Shown here piece by piece: positions 10,414 through 19,946 of a DNA stretch of 64,000 bases (position 1 is its first letter; the number at the start of each line of letters is the position of its first letter). The notes beneath the pieces are model-generated. The model saw only the letters and a list, made by a program, of their open reading frames with translations, had not been told where the DNA came from and did no database searches. A program made the translations under genes and the position numbers. Source of the stretch: Pelagibacteraceae bacterium AG-422-B15 (GTDB lineage Bacteria > Pseudomonadota > Alphaproteobacteria > Pelagibacterales > AG-422-B15). The stretch lies in contig CAJJBG010000015.1 in the NCBI GenBank assembly GCA_905182345.1, positions 36,532-100,531 on the forward strand, read 5' to 3'.

Positions 10414-11433
10414 TTGGAATATATAGATATAATAAACGCAATTGTTTTGCTTTCTAATTTTGTTTTATTGCCTGCAATTACTTATGGCTCGCAACTAGCT
10501 TTAGCTGCATTGGGTGTTACTTTAATCTATGCAGTTTTAAGATTTTCAAATTTTGCACATGGTGATTTAATGTCATTTGGTACGATGGCAACTATTTTAA
10601 TTACATGGTGGCTACAAAGCATAGGAATAACTGGAGGCATATTGCCAACAGCCCTAATTGCTTTACCATTTGGAATTTTAGCAACAATCATCTTATGTTT
10701 ATTTATTGATCGAAGTGTTTATAAATTTTATAGAAAACAAAAAAGTGTTCCTGTGGTTTTTATGATTGTCTCAGTTGGTGTTATGTTTACTTTAAATGCA
10801 CTTGTTAGATTTATTATTGGGCCTAATGATCGTAAATTTTTTGATGGTGAAAAATTTATCATTAAAGCGATTGAGTTTAAAAATTTAACTGGACTTGATG
10901 AGGGTCTTGCAATCAGATCAACCCAAGTAATTACAATTGTTGTTGCTATAGTAACAATGGTATTATTATTTTGGTTTTTGCAAAAATCTAAAACTGGAAA
11001 ATCTATGCGTGCATTTTCTAACAATGAAGACTTAGCCTTGCTTTCAGGTATTAATCCAGATCGAGTAGTCTTATACACTTGGATTATTGTAGGTGCGTTA
11101 GCAACTATTGCTGGTGTTTTATATGGATTAGATAAAAGCTTTAAACCTTATACATATTTTTCACTCGTACTGCCTATGTTTGCTGCAGCAATTATTGGTG
11201 GAGTTGGTAGTCCGATAGGTGCAATTGTTGGCGGCTATATTATTGGATTTTCAGAAGTAATGCTTACATATGCTTATAAAAAATTCTTAATGTATATTTT
11301 ACCAACTAACCTGGAGCCATCTGGTCTAGTGCAATTTCTATCTACTGATTATAAATTTGCTATATCTTTTATCATACTTGTCATTGTTCTAATAATTAGG
11401 CCAACTGGAATATTTAAAGGAAAAACATTATGA
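10414..11433 (+). CDS. livH: Liv-type ABC permease (LivH-like)
   Basis: LRFSNFAHGD, GKSMRA..N.DLA.LSGIN, RPTGIF. Confidence 0.85.
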   Translation: MEYIDIINAIVLLSNFVLLPAITYGSQLALAALGVTLIYAVLRFSNFAHGDLMSFGTMATILITWWLQSIGITGGILPTALIALPFGILATIILCLFIDRSVYKFYRKQKSVPVVFMIVSVGVMFTLNALVRFIIGPNDRKFFDGEKFIIKAIEFKNLTGLDEGLAIRSTQVITIVVAIVTMVLLFWFLQKSKTGKSMRAFSNNEDLALLSGINPDRVVLYTWIIVGALATIAGVLYGLDKSFKPYTYFSLVLPMFAAAIIGGVGSPIGAIVGGYIIGFSEVMLTYAYKKFLMYILPTNLEPSGLVQFLSTDYKFAISFIILVIVLIIRPTGIFKGKTL

Positions 11434-12800
11434 TTGAAAAGTTAAGAGCCCCTATTGCCTTCTTATTTATGGGGCTCTTATTGTTATCAGTTGGGTTTGG
11501 ACAATCTTGGTCAGTTGCATTAGGAATTATTAACCTATGTTTAATTTCAGCGATTATGTCACTTGGGGTCAATATTCAGTGGGGATATGCTGGATTATTT
11601 AATGCAGGCATTATGGGTTTTGTTGCAATAGGTGGTGTCTCGGCAGTACTGGTGTCACATGAGCCGGTCCAGGAGGCGTGGTCTTTAGGTGGTTTCGGAT
11701 TATTAACAAGTTTGTTAGTTATAGTATCAGGTTATATTTTAGTTTTACTTATACGAAAAAATTTAAGTTCTCTTTTATTAAGAAGAATAATGATCACCAC
11801 AATATCATTACTAGGCTTATTTATCGTTTTATACTTTTATAAACCCGCTGTAAGTTCAATTGAATCAATTAATCCAGCTAAAACTGGATTTCTTGGTGGG
11901 CTTGGTTTGCCTATTATTTATTCTTGGTTAGTAGGTGGAATTTTTGCTGGCATAGTTGCCTTCTTTATAGGGAAAATTACCCTTGGCCTAAGATCTGATT
12001 ATTTAGCAATAGCAACATTGGGTATTTCTGAGATTGTTATTGCAATATTAAAGCATGAGGATTGGCTGTCACGAGGTGTAAAAAATGTTACTGGACTCAG
12101 TAGGCCTGTGCCATACGAAGTTGATTTACAACAAGCCGATTGGTTTATTACTTTAGTATCATGGATTAATCATCAAAAGATATCAGCTATTTTAAATTTA
12201 ACAGATCAACAAATTTATATTAATCAACTAATAATTGATTCATCTGGTTTATATGTAAAAATTTGTTATGCGCTTTTATTTACAGTTGTTTTATTGATAA
12301 TTCTTGCTTTTAGCAATCGTGCGTTAAATTCTCCCTGGGGTAGAATGATGAGAGCAATTAGAGACAATGAGGATGCAGCAAGCGCTATCGGTAAAAATAT
12401 TTTTAAACAACATCTCCAAGTATTTATAATTGGATCGGCTGTTGTGGGAATTGCTGGTGCAATGCTTACTACTTTAGATGGTCAATTCACTCCTGGCAGC
12501 TATCAGCCTCTTAGATTCACATTTATTGTTTGGATTATGGTAATTGTAGGTGGAAGTGGAAACAATCTTGGTTCAATTTTTGGAGGTTTTTTTGTATGGT
12601 TTATGTGGATAGAGGCGGAACCCTTATCAATATTTATAGTTCATGCGTTAACAGGTGGCCTGGATTTTGACAATGTAATTAGATTGCATCTAATTAAAAG
12701 TGCACCACATTTAAGGTTATTCTTGATGGGAATGATATTACTGCTGACAATGCGATTTATGCCACAAGGTGTAATACCAGAAACTATAAAGCGGACATAA
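11430..12800 (+). CDS. livM: Liv-type ABC permease (LivM-like)
   Basis: NIQWGYAGLFN, LRSDYLAIATL, SPWGRMMRAIRDNE, GGSGNN. Confidence 0.85.
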   Translation: MIEKLRAPIAFLFMGLLLLSVGFGQSWSVALGIINLCLISAIMSLGVNIQWGYAGLFNAGIMGFVAIGGVSAVLVSHEPVQEAWSLGGFGLLTSLLVIVSGYILVLLIRKNLSSLLLRRIMITTISLLGLFIVLYFYKPAVSSIESINPAKTGFLGGLGLPIIYSWLVGGIFAGIVAFFIGKITLGLRSDYLAIATLGISEIVIAILKHEDWLSRGVKNVTGLSRPVPYEVDLQQADWFITLVSWINHQKISAILNLTDQQIYINQLIIDSSGLYVKICYALLFTVVLLIILAFSNRALNSPWGRMMRAIRDNEDAASAIGKNIFKQHLQVFIIGSAVVGIAGAMLTTLDGQFTPGSYQPLRFTFIVWIMVIVGGSGNNLGSIFGGFFVWFMWIEAEPLSIFIVHALTGGLDFDNVIRLHLIKSAPHLRLFLMGMILLLTMRFMPQGVIPETIKRT

Positions 12801-12836
12801 AAAAACTCGACAGCCCTTTTTAAGACTGCCGAGTTT
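12799..12836 (-). terminator. Intrinsic terminator between convergent permease and binding-protein genes
   Basis: Minus strand AAACTCGGCAGTC-TTAAAAAG-GGCTGTCGAGTTT followed by a T run; the two G-U pairs favour the minus strand. Confidence 0.75.
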
Positions 12837-12849
12837 GAAAGTTAGCTTA

Positions 12850-14037
12850 TTATCTAAATTTAATTGTATTAAATTTACCACCACCAATTTCTAGTTCTTT
12901 AAATGAACCTGTAGATTCACCAACTTCAGTAAACTCTACATTAGTAGCTCCTTGATAGTTTACTTGGCCGCCATTGCTTAAAATATCTAAAGCTTTAGCT
13001 AGTTCTCCTGGCAATATTATTTCACCCGGTGCATTAGCTACGTTCATAATATTTGCCGCAATTGAAGCGCGATCAGAAGAGTTGCCTGCTTGCATTGCTA
13101 AGATCATTAGCGCCGCTGCGTCGTAAGACTCTGGTTCGTATGGTCCGTCACCTGGAATTCCATTTGCGCTTGCAACTGCTTTGAAGACATTCGCTCCTTC
13201 AGAATCAGATCCTGCAATTGTTCCGAATGTTCCACTTAAGTCACCGTCAACATTATCTATTAAGCTTTGTCCAATCATACCATCACTTAAAATAAATCTT
13301 GAAAATGCCCCTGAATCAATTGAGCTTTGAATAATTCCTCTTCCACCTTGATCAAGATATCCAATTACCAAAAGTTCTTGCGCACCAGAGGCAGACAAGG
13401 CAGCAACTTCAGCTGAATAATCTCCCTTACCATCTTCATGTGCAGCATCCATTGTAACTGTTCCACCTAGTGTTTTAAATGCAGAACTAAAGCTATCCGC
13501 CAAACCTTTGCCATAGTCATTGTTTGTATAGGTAACTGCAACTTCTGAAATACCTCTTTCAATTACAACCTGTGCTAAAATTTCTCCACCTCTTGCATCA
13601 GATGGCGCAGTTCTAAAAAAATAACCATTGTCATCTATGTCTGTTAAAGCTGGTGATGTTGCTGATGGTGAAATCATTGTTACACCATTTGGTATTGCAA
13701 CATTATTAGCTATTGCAGTTGTTACACCTGAACAGTCAGCGCCCATTATGCCTGCCACCCTATCTGATGTTACTAATCTATCTGCTGCTGAAGTAGCTGC
13801 AGCTGCATCAATACATGTGGAATCTGCTCTCACAACTTCTATAGTAGATCCACCCAATAGCTTGCCTGAATCAGAGGCTTCTTTAAAAGCTAGTTCTGCT
13901 GAAGCTGCCATAGTTGGTGTTAGTGATTCAATTGGTCCTGTAAAACCAAGAATGACTCCCATTTTAATATTTTCTGCCACTACTGACGTAGTTAGCATTG
14001 CTACACTTAATATTGCAGCTATCATTACTTTTTTCAT
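12850..14037 (-). CDS. Liv-type ABC substrate-binding protein
   Basis: Signal peptide; GFTGPIESL, GADCSGVT, ISPSATSPALT, FFRTAPSD, NNDYGKGL, YDAAAL. Confidence 0.9.
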   Translation of the reverse strand: MKKVMIAAILSVAMLTTSVVAENIKMGVILGFTGPIESLTPTMAASAELAFKEASDSGKLLGGSTIEVVRADSTCIDAAAATSAADRLVTSDRVAGIMGADCSGVTTAIANNVAIPNGVTMISPSATSPALTDIDDNGYFFRTAPSDARGGEILAQVVIERGISEVAVTYTNNDYGKGLADSFSSAFKTLGGTVTMDAAHEDGKGDYSAEVAALSASGAQELLVIGYLDQGGRGIIQSSIDSGAFSRFILSDGMIGQSLIDNVDGDLSGTFGTIAGSDSEGANVFKAVASANGIPGDGPYEPESYDAAALMILAMQAGNSSDRASIAANIMNVANAPGEIILPGELAKALDILSNGGQVNYQGATNVEFTEVGESTGSFKELEIGGGKFNTIKFR

Positions 14038-14110
14038 CTTCTTTTGTACTCCAAATTAATAAACTGTTTTTATGCTAGCAAATACTTTTAGTTCAAGCAA
14101 TGCTTCATTT

Positions 14111-15376
14111 TTAGTCAACATTTAGTACTGCATCGATGTTTGTGGTATAGTTTGGAGAACAATTTTCCTTCTTTTGAGCCCATACTCCTGAGAGCTGCTC
14201 TGAAGCAATTTTAATGGTATTCCCTCCATGTCTTAAATTAATCTTGTCTATGGCTACCATTAACTCATCTCTTATTGTAGAATTTTTTGAGAATAGGTCT
14301 ACAGGTTCCTCACCTTCAGGATAAAATCCAGAAAGCAACACACCCGCTTTTTGATAAGCATAGCCTGTCTTAAATATTTTTCTTGTTAAATTTGATGCAA
14401 CTTTGACAACCTCAATTGTATCGTTTGAAGGTTTAGATAAATGAATAGATGTTGTATTAAAATAATATTTATTTTTCTTATCAAATGGATTAGTTCTTAA
14501 AAAAACTGTAACTGAAGATGTTAACAGTTGTTCTTTTCTAATGCGCTCTACAGCTCTACGTGCAAATATTGAAACTGCCTGTTGAATATCAGCTAATTCT
14601 TTTAGACTTTGTCCAAAAGATCTTGAGGTGCAACAACTTTTTCTAGTTGTACGAACTTCCTCTAATGGCAAGCATGACGTCCCTCTTAATTCAAAGACAG
14701 TTTTTAACCCATTAATACTCATTAATTTTCTAATCCTTGAATCTTCAGCATCCTTTAGTTGTTTAATATTATAAATGCCATGCATATTTAATTTTTTTGA
14801 AAGTTGTCTTCCAATACCCCAAACTTCACCTACTTCTATGCAAGATAGAACTGCATCAATATTTTTTAGATTTAATAGAGAGCATACTCCATTAAAAGAC
14901 TCATCATCTTTTGCTAAATGATTTGCAGTCTTTGCTAAAGTTTTTGTATTTGCAATTCCAATACTGACTGGGATGCCTGTATATTGTAGTATCACTTTTC
15001 TTATCTTATGCGCGTACTTTAAGAGATCTCCTGGAATTCCTGTTAATCCTATAAAAGCCTCATCTATAGAATATACTTCTATGTCATTAGTGAACTCAGC
15101 AATAGTATTCATTACTCTTCGAGACATGTCTCCGTACAAGGTATAATTAGATGAAAACACATGAACTTTTTCTCTTCTAATAATGTCTTTGACTTTAAAT
15201 AACGGCACACCCATTTTTATGCCAAGTGCTTTTGCTTCTTTAGATCTAGCAATTATACATCCGTCATTATTTGATAATGCAACAACAGGCTTATTATTTA
15301 ATTTTGGATTAAAAACTCGTTCACATGATACATAGAAAGCATTACAATCAATTAGTGCAAAAACTTCATTTGTCAT
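14111..15376 (-). CDS. umuC: Y-family DNA polymerase V subunit UmuC (start ATG 15376)
   Basis: ALIDCNAFYVSCERVF, LSNNDGC, SSNYTLYGDMSRR, YSIDEAF, C-terminal SPNYTT. Confidence 0.9.
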   Translation of the reverse strand: MTNEVFALIDCNAFYVSCERVFNPKLNNKPVVALSNNDGCIIARSKEAKALGIKMGVPLFKVKDIIRREKVHVFSSNYTLYGDMSRRVMNTIAEFTNDIEVYSIDEAFIGLTGIPGDLLKYAHKIRKVILQYTGIPVSIGIANTKTLAKTANHLAKDDESFNGVCSLLNLKNIDAVLSCIEVGEVWGIGRQLSKKLNMHGIYNIKQLKDAEDSRIRKLMSINGLKTVFELRGTSCLPLEEVRTTRKSCCTSRSFGQSLKELADIQQAVSIFARRAVERIRKEQLLTSSVTVFLRTNPFDKKNKYYFNTTSIHLSKPSNDTIEVVKVASNLTRKIFKTGYAYQKAGVLLSGFYPEGEEPVDLFSKNSTIRDELMVAIDKINLRHGGNTIKIASEQLSGVWAQKKENCSPNYTTNIDAVLNVD

Positions 15377-15377
15377 T

Positions 15378-15770
15378 TTATTTTTTATACAACTTATGAA
15401 TTGAGTGAATGCAGACACCCCAAATAATTAAATCCATTTCCTCTGAAACATGGGCACTAGAATAATCATTGTTTGCTGAAAGTAATGTAACTTCATTTTT
15501 TTTTATTTGTAAAATCTTAATACTGAGCTCACCATCTAGTACTGCAACAACTATTGTTCCATTGGTTGGCTTAATGCTTCGATCCACTATAATTAAGTCA
15601 CCTGGATAAATACCAACACCTGTCATTGATTTACCACGAGCTTTTACAATGAATGTTGCATTGGGATTAAGGATTAGTTTTTTATTTAGATCAATGGATC
15701 CTTCAGTGTAATCTCTTGCTGGAGAAGGGAATCCACATTCAACTCCCTCATTATAAAAGGTTAATTTCAT
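15378..15770 (-). CDS. umuD: UmuD, S24 autopeptidase (start ATG 15770)
   Basis: VECG/FPSPARDY cleavage site, GKSM Ser, LSIK Lys. The track's N-terminal extension runs through the promoter. Confidence 0.9.
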   Translation of the reverse strand: MKLTFYNEGVECGFPSPARDYTEGSIDLNKKLILNPNATFIVKARGKSMTGVGIYPGDLIIVDRSIKPTNGTIVVAVLDGELSIKILQIKKNEVTLLSANNDYSSAHVSEEMDLIIWGVCIHSIHKLYKK

Positions 15771-15787
15771 TATATAAATAAGATATT

Positions 15788-15802
15788 GTTCTTGTTTTGT
15801 TC
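15788..15802. promoter_or_regulatory. Alphaproteobacterial LexA (SOS) box
   Basis: GTTC-TTGTTTT-GTTC is an exact GTTC-N7-GTTC, 17 bp upstream of the umuD ATG. Confidence 0.9.
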
Positions 15803-15846
15803 TATTATTGCACCGCCAAAGAACAGAGTCAACTACATATAAAATA

Positions 15847-16791
15847 TTAAGATAAAAACTGTTTCTTAAAAAAAGAAACGACATCTAAATGGGATTGTCT
15901 TCGTGCATCCCAATTGCCGCCTGCGTGAGCACCTAATATATCTGGTGTTTCTTTAATCAGTCTAATGCGGCCTTCTTTTTCGTCACAATTAATAATATTA
16001 TCATTAATCGTGAAAGTTAGGTGGCCTTTCTTATCAATAATAGCAAACTTTTCCGTAAGTTTTACTGCATAAGGCATAAACTCTATAGGATCTATAGAGT
16101 CGAATGAATGATGTGCATTCGGATAAACAATTAAACTAACATTAGGCTTTGATGGTTTTATATACTCAATAATGTTTTGTACCAAACTTGTCGGAGTATA
16201 GTCATCATCATTACCACATAGTATATGCATTGGTGCATCAGACCACTCATTAATATTTGGTTTAATGTGCGTACCAGGATACAAAGGTAGATGTGCTGAG
16301 AATTTTTCATCTCCAGTAGTTAGGGAATCAATAATAGGTTTCCACGCTGAATAAAAAGCTGCACTACCACCAAGACTCCATCCCATAATACCAATTTTAT
16401 TGGAATCAATATCTGGATGCTGTGACATAAAAGATAATCCACGAAAGGCATCTGTAATCATTGTAGCTAATGTAACAGCTATTTGATCTTCAATAATTGA
16501 CATCAAGCCTCTTGCTTCAAAACTATGAATTCTAAAAACAGCTATGCCTGCCTCTAATAAATTAACCATATGATCATGATGATTTCCTCTTAAGCCTGCA
16601 CTACCATGAATTGCGATTACTAATGGACAAGGTAATTTGGCATTTTCTGGAAATATTAATGTGCCGTATATTTGTTCTTTTGGCTCCAGATCAATATTAT
16701 TTAAGATGTGATAAAATTCGAATGGACTTGATGATTTAAAAAAGAAAACACCTGCTTTTTTTTTATCAAATTTATTATTTATATCATCCAT
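15847..16791 (-). CDS. Dienelactone hydrolase-family alpha/beta hydrolase
   Basis: HGSAG, GWSLGG nucleophile elbow (Ser), DDYTP, YPNAHHSFD. Confidence 0.8.
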   Translation of the reverse strand: MDDINNKFDKKKAGVFFFKSSSPFEFYHILNNIDLEPKEQIYGTLIFPENAKLPCPLVIAIHGSAGLRGNHHDHMVNLLEAGIAVFRIHSFEARGLMSIIEDQIAVTLATMITDAFRGLSFMSQHPDIDSNKIGIMGWSLGGSAAFYSAWKPIIDSLTTGDEKFSAHLPLYPGTHIKPNINEWSDAPMHILCGNDDDYTPTSLVQNIIEYIKPSKPNVSLIVYPNAHHSFDSIDPIEFMPYAVKLTEKFAIIDKKGHLTFTINDNIINCDEKEGRIRLIKETPDILGAHAGGNWDARRQSHLDVVSFFKKQFLS

Positions 16792-16831
16792 TAAAAAATG
16801 ACTCTAATAGAAATATATATATTATCCATAT

Positions 16832-16871
16832 AAAAATTGGGCCTAAGCAAAACTGCAAAGGTCCAATTTTT
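16832..16871 (-). terminator. Intrinsic terminator after the amt pair
   Basis: Minus strand AAAAATTGGACCTTTGCA-GTTT-TGCTTAGGCCCAATTTTT, just downstream of the amt stop. Confidence 0.75.
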
Positions 16872-16887
16872 TATTTAGAGCTTTGAC

Positions 16888-18168
16888 TTAGTCTCTAATA
16901 GAGTAAGCAACAACACCAACTTCAGATTTATCAGTTCCAATTTTTTCTGCTTCAGCACTAATTCTTAACCCGATAGTTTGCTTAATCAGTAAAAGTATTA
17001 TGTATGAAATTACAAACACAAAGATAGATACAGAAAATAAACCAATAAACTGGGTTCCATATGAAGTACCAGGAGTTGTCCACGGAACAATTAAAGTGCC
17101 CCAAATACCAGCAAATAAATGCACTGGTATAGCTCCAACCACATCATCAATTTTTAATGAGTTTAAAATACCTGTACCCACATACATAATTGCACCACCA
17201 ACAGCGCCAATTAAAATTGCTTCTATTGGGCTTGCGTATAATGGCGCTGCAGTAATTGAAACCAACCCTGCAAGAGCTCCGTTTAACATCATAATGATAT
17301 CTGTCTTGCCACCAATTACACGAGTTATCAAGGCGCCAATTACACAGCCACCACAACCAGCAAGCTGAGTGTTCATAAATATTGTAGACATTGCATTTGC
17401 ATCCTCAAATGACCCAAGAGCTAATTGAGAGCCACCATTAAAGCCATACCAACCCATCCATAAAATAAATGTTCCAAGTGTAACAAGTGGTATTGATGAT
17501 GCAGCAAAAGGTTCCATAGATTGAATCTCACCTTTATTACTAAAACGTCCTAAGCGTGGCCCTAATAAAAGCACCCCTGCTAGAGCTGCCGAGCCGCCAA
17601 CCGCATGTACAAGTGTTGAACCTGCAAAATCATAAAAACCAAGAGTAGCTAACCAACCACCGCCCCACTGCCAACCCATAGTAATAGGATAAATAAATCC
17701 ACCTATTGCTGCTGCAAATAAAAAGAATGGCCAAATTTTAATTCGCTCCGCTACTGCACCAGAAACAATTGATGCTGTCGCACAAACAAATAAAGTTTGG
17801 AAAAACCAAAATGATGCGGGTGCCCAGTTACCTTGTGGTGCAGACGTATCACTCCAGATAGCTAGTGTGCCTATGTAGCCACCTTCTGGGATTCCAAAAC
17901 CAAGATTATAGCCAACTAAATAAAACATTACTGAAACGATTGCAAATTTTCCAATATTCTTGGCAGCAATTGTTGTAACACTTTTTGTTGTTACCAAGCC
18001 TGACTCTAACATGCAAAATCCTGCTGCCATCCACATGACTAAAAAACCACAAACTAAAAATGAAAAAGTGTTAAAAATATATGCCACTTCTGTGTCAATT
18101 TCAGCAAAAGCTGATGGCATAAATAATGACGATAAAATAATTGTTAAAATAATAATGCGATTAATCAT
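16888..18168 (-). CDS. amt: Ammonium transporter, downstream paralog
   Basis: GFCMLESG, SIVSGAVAER, DFAGSTLVH, GWYGFNGGS, DDVVGAIPVH (twin His retained). Confidence 0.95.
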   Translation of the reverse strand: MINRIIILTIILSSLFMPSAFAEIDTEVAYIFNTFSFLVCGFLVMWMAAGFCMLESGLVTTKSVTTIAAKNIGKFAIVSVMFYLVGYNLGFGIPEGGYIGTLAIWSDTSAPQGNWAPASFWFFQTLFVCATASIVSGAVAERIKIWPFFLFAAAIGGFIYPITMGWQWGGGWLATLGFYDFAGSTLVHAVGGSAALAGVLLLGPRLGRFSNKGEIQSMEPFAASSIPLVTLGTFILWMGWYGFNGGSQLALGSFEDANAMSTIFMNTQLAGCGGCVIGALITRVIGGKTDIIMMLNGALAGLVSITAAPLYASPIEAILIGAVGGAIMYVGTGILNSLKIDDVVGAIPVHLFAGIWGTLIVPWTTPGTSYGTQFIGLFSVSIFVFVISYIILLLIKQTIGLRISAEAEKIGTDKSEVGVVAYSIRD

Positions 18169-18337
18169 AGTGAGTCCCTTATTTAATTTCTAGACCTACA
18201 AGAAAATAAAAACTAAGTAGTGACCACTATGAACTGCTGCCAGAATGGCACTAAAGATAAAATTTACTAGTTTTAGGTAGAAGCAGACTCTCATGAAATA
18301 AGGGATGGAGAGTCTACTTCTTAACTAACAGAAAGAG
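18169..18337 (-). promoter_or_regulatory. Structured inter-amt RNA segment (hairpin with anti-SD loop plus multi-stem domain)
   Basis: 14-bp hairpin at 18279-18321 with no U-tract. Its loop carries UCCCUUAUUU, complementary to AAAUAAGGGA at the downstream amt SD (plus 18175-18184). Further short stems at 18194-18278. Confidence 0.5.
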
Positions 18338-19606
18338 TTAGTCTCTTATTGAGTAAGCTATCACGCCTGTCTCAACAATATCTGTACCTTCTTTTTGGGC
18401 TTCATCACTTAGTCGTATTCCAATTGTTGCATTCATAATCATCCAAATTATATATGAAACAACAAACACGGCAGCTACAACTGAAGCTGTGCCAAGCAAC
18501 TGGGTACCAAAGTTTGTATCACTATTTGATAATGGTACAGCCAATGTTCCAAATATACCTGCTAATAAATGTACAGGTATAGCTCCAACTACATCATCAA
18601 TTTTTAACTTTGTTAAAACCTCTGTACCTATGATTACAACCAAACCACCCACAGCACCAATTGCAATTGCTAGTCCTGGTGTTGGCATTAAAGGTTCAGC
18701 AGTAATTGCAACCAAGCCTCCCAAGGCCCCGTTTAACATCATAACTACATCTGTTTTACCTTTCCACAATCTAGTAACAACAGCACAAGCCATTACACCG
18801 GCACAAGCTGCAAGATTAGTGTTTATATAAATTGTACCAATAGCATTGATATCATCAAAAGTGCCCATTGCTAGTTGAGATCCACCATTAAAGCCAAACC
18901 AACCAAACCATAGTATAAAAGTACCAGCAGTTGCTAGTGGAATAGATGAGCTTGCAAATGGAATGAGTTTACCACCGTCAAACCTACCTAATCTTGGTCC
19001 AAGAATAATTGCACCAGCTAAGGCCGCAGCACCGCCAGCAGCATGCACTAAAGTTGAGCCAGCAAAGTCAGAAAATCCTGCTACAGATAACCATCCGCCG
19101 CCCCACTGCCAACCCATAGTAATAGGATAAATAATTCCAGTTAAAATTGCAGTGAATAAAAAGAAGGGCCAGATTTTAATTCTTTCAGCTAAAGTTCCTG
19201 AAACAATTGAGGCTGTTGTTGCACAAAATACCATCTGGAAAAACCAGTCAGAACTAGCTGAATAACCATCCGCTAATGCAGAGCCATCAGTCCAAATTGA
19301 GAAGGAGCCAATATAACCACCTTCTGGAATGCCATATGCAAGATTATAGCCTACAAGCCAGAACATCATTCCAGCAATTGAGTATAAGCCGATATTTTTA
19401 GCAGCAATGGCTGATACACTTTTAGATGTAACAAGTCCTGATTCTAGCATACAGAATCCTAGTGCCATCAACATCACTAAGAATCCAGATACTAGAAATA
19501 GGAAACTATTTAAAATATAAGCTGTTTCTTCTGCAACTTCAGCAAAAGCTGTAGATACAAATAGTGATAAGAAAACTATTGTTAAAGATAAGGTTCGTTT
19601 AAACAT
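18338..19606 (-). CDS. amt: Ammonium transporter, upstream paralog
   Basis: SDWFFQMVF, DFAGSTLVH, WFGWFGFNGGS, ITAEP, AIPVH; signal peptide. Confidence 0.95.
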   Translation of the reverse strand: MFKRTLSLTIVFLSLFVSTAFAEVAEETAYILNSFLFLVSGFLVMLMALGFCMLESGLVTSKSVSAIAAKNIGLYSIAGMMFWLVGYNLAYGIPEGGYIGSFSIWTDGSALADGYSASSDWFFQMVFCATTASIVSGTLAERIKIWPFFLFTAILTGIIYPITMGWQWGGGWLSVAGFSDFAGSTLVHAAGGAAALAGAIILGPRLGRFDGGKLIPFASSSIPLATAGTFILWFGWFGFNGGSQLAMGTFDDINAIGTIYINTNLAACAGVMACAVVTRLWKGKTDVVMMLNGALGGLVAITAEPLMPTPGLAIAIGAVGGLVVIIGTEVLTKLKIDDVVGAIPVHLLAGIFGTLAVPLSNSDTNFGTQLLGTASVVAAVFVVSYIIWMIMNATIGIRLSDEAQKEGTDIVETGVIAYSIRD

Positions 19607-19946
19607 TTTTTTTTCTCCATTGATTAATTTAATAAATTAAATATCACTTAAAAATGTTGCTTCTCAATTATCTTTGTATGCCAAACTGTCAGAAAGAAAT
19701 GCATAAGCAGCTAAAAAATAAGTATAGATTTTATTTACTTGCTCTGAATTCCATCGTTTGGTGAGTAGTTTCATGGCCTGATTTTTGTTATGGCTCCTGC
19801 TTTATATAATTCTATTTCTGGGTGCTGAGGTATTTGAGTTATAAACAACTATTTTATTTTCAGTAACAACTGAATTTTAAATAACGACCATCTAATTCAA
19901 AAATAATTTTCTTAGTATTGTTAACAGTTATAAAAGCTGCCGAGTA

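Noticed and set aside
18279-18321. Inter-amt hairpin as a plain intrinsic terminator or a known riboswitch
   Set aside because: No U-tract follows it and I recognise no known riboswitch consensus; kept instead as an unknown structured element.
19607-19946. Possible sigma54 promoter (minus TGGCATA near 19680), NtrC-like sites and a 36-codon plus ORF upstream of amt
   Set aside because: The -12 TTGC element is absent at the required spacing, the NtrC matches are weak, and the ORF lacks motifs; no glnK remnant recognised.
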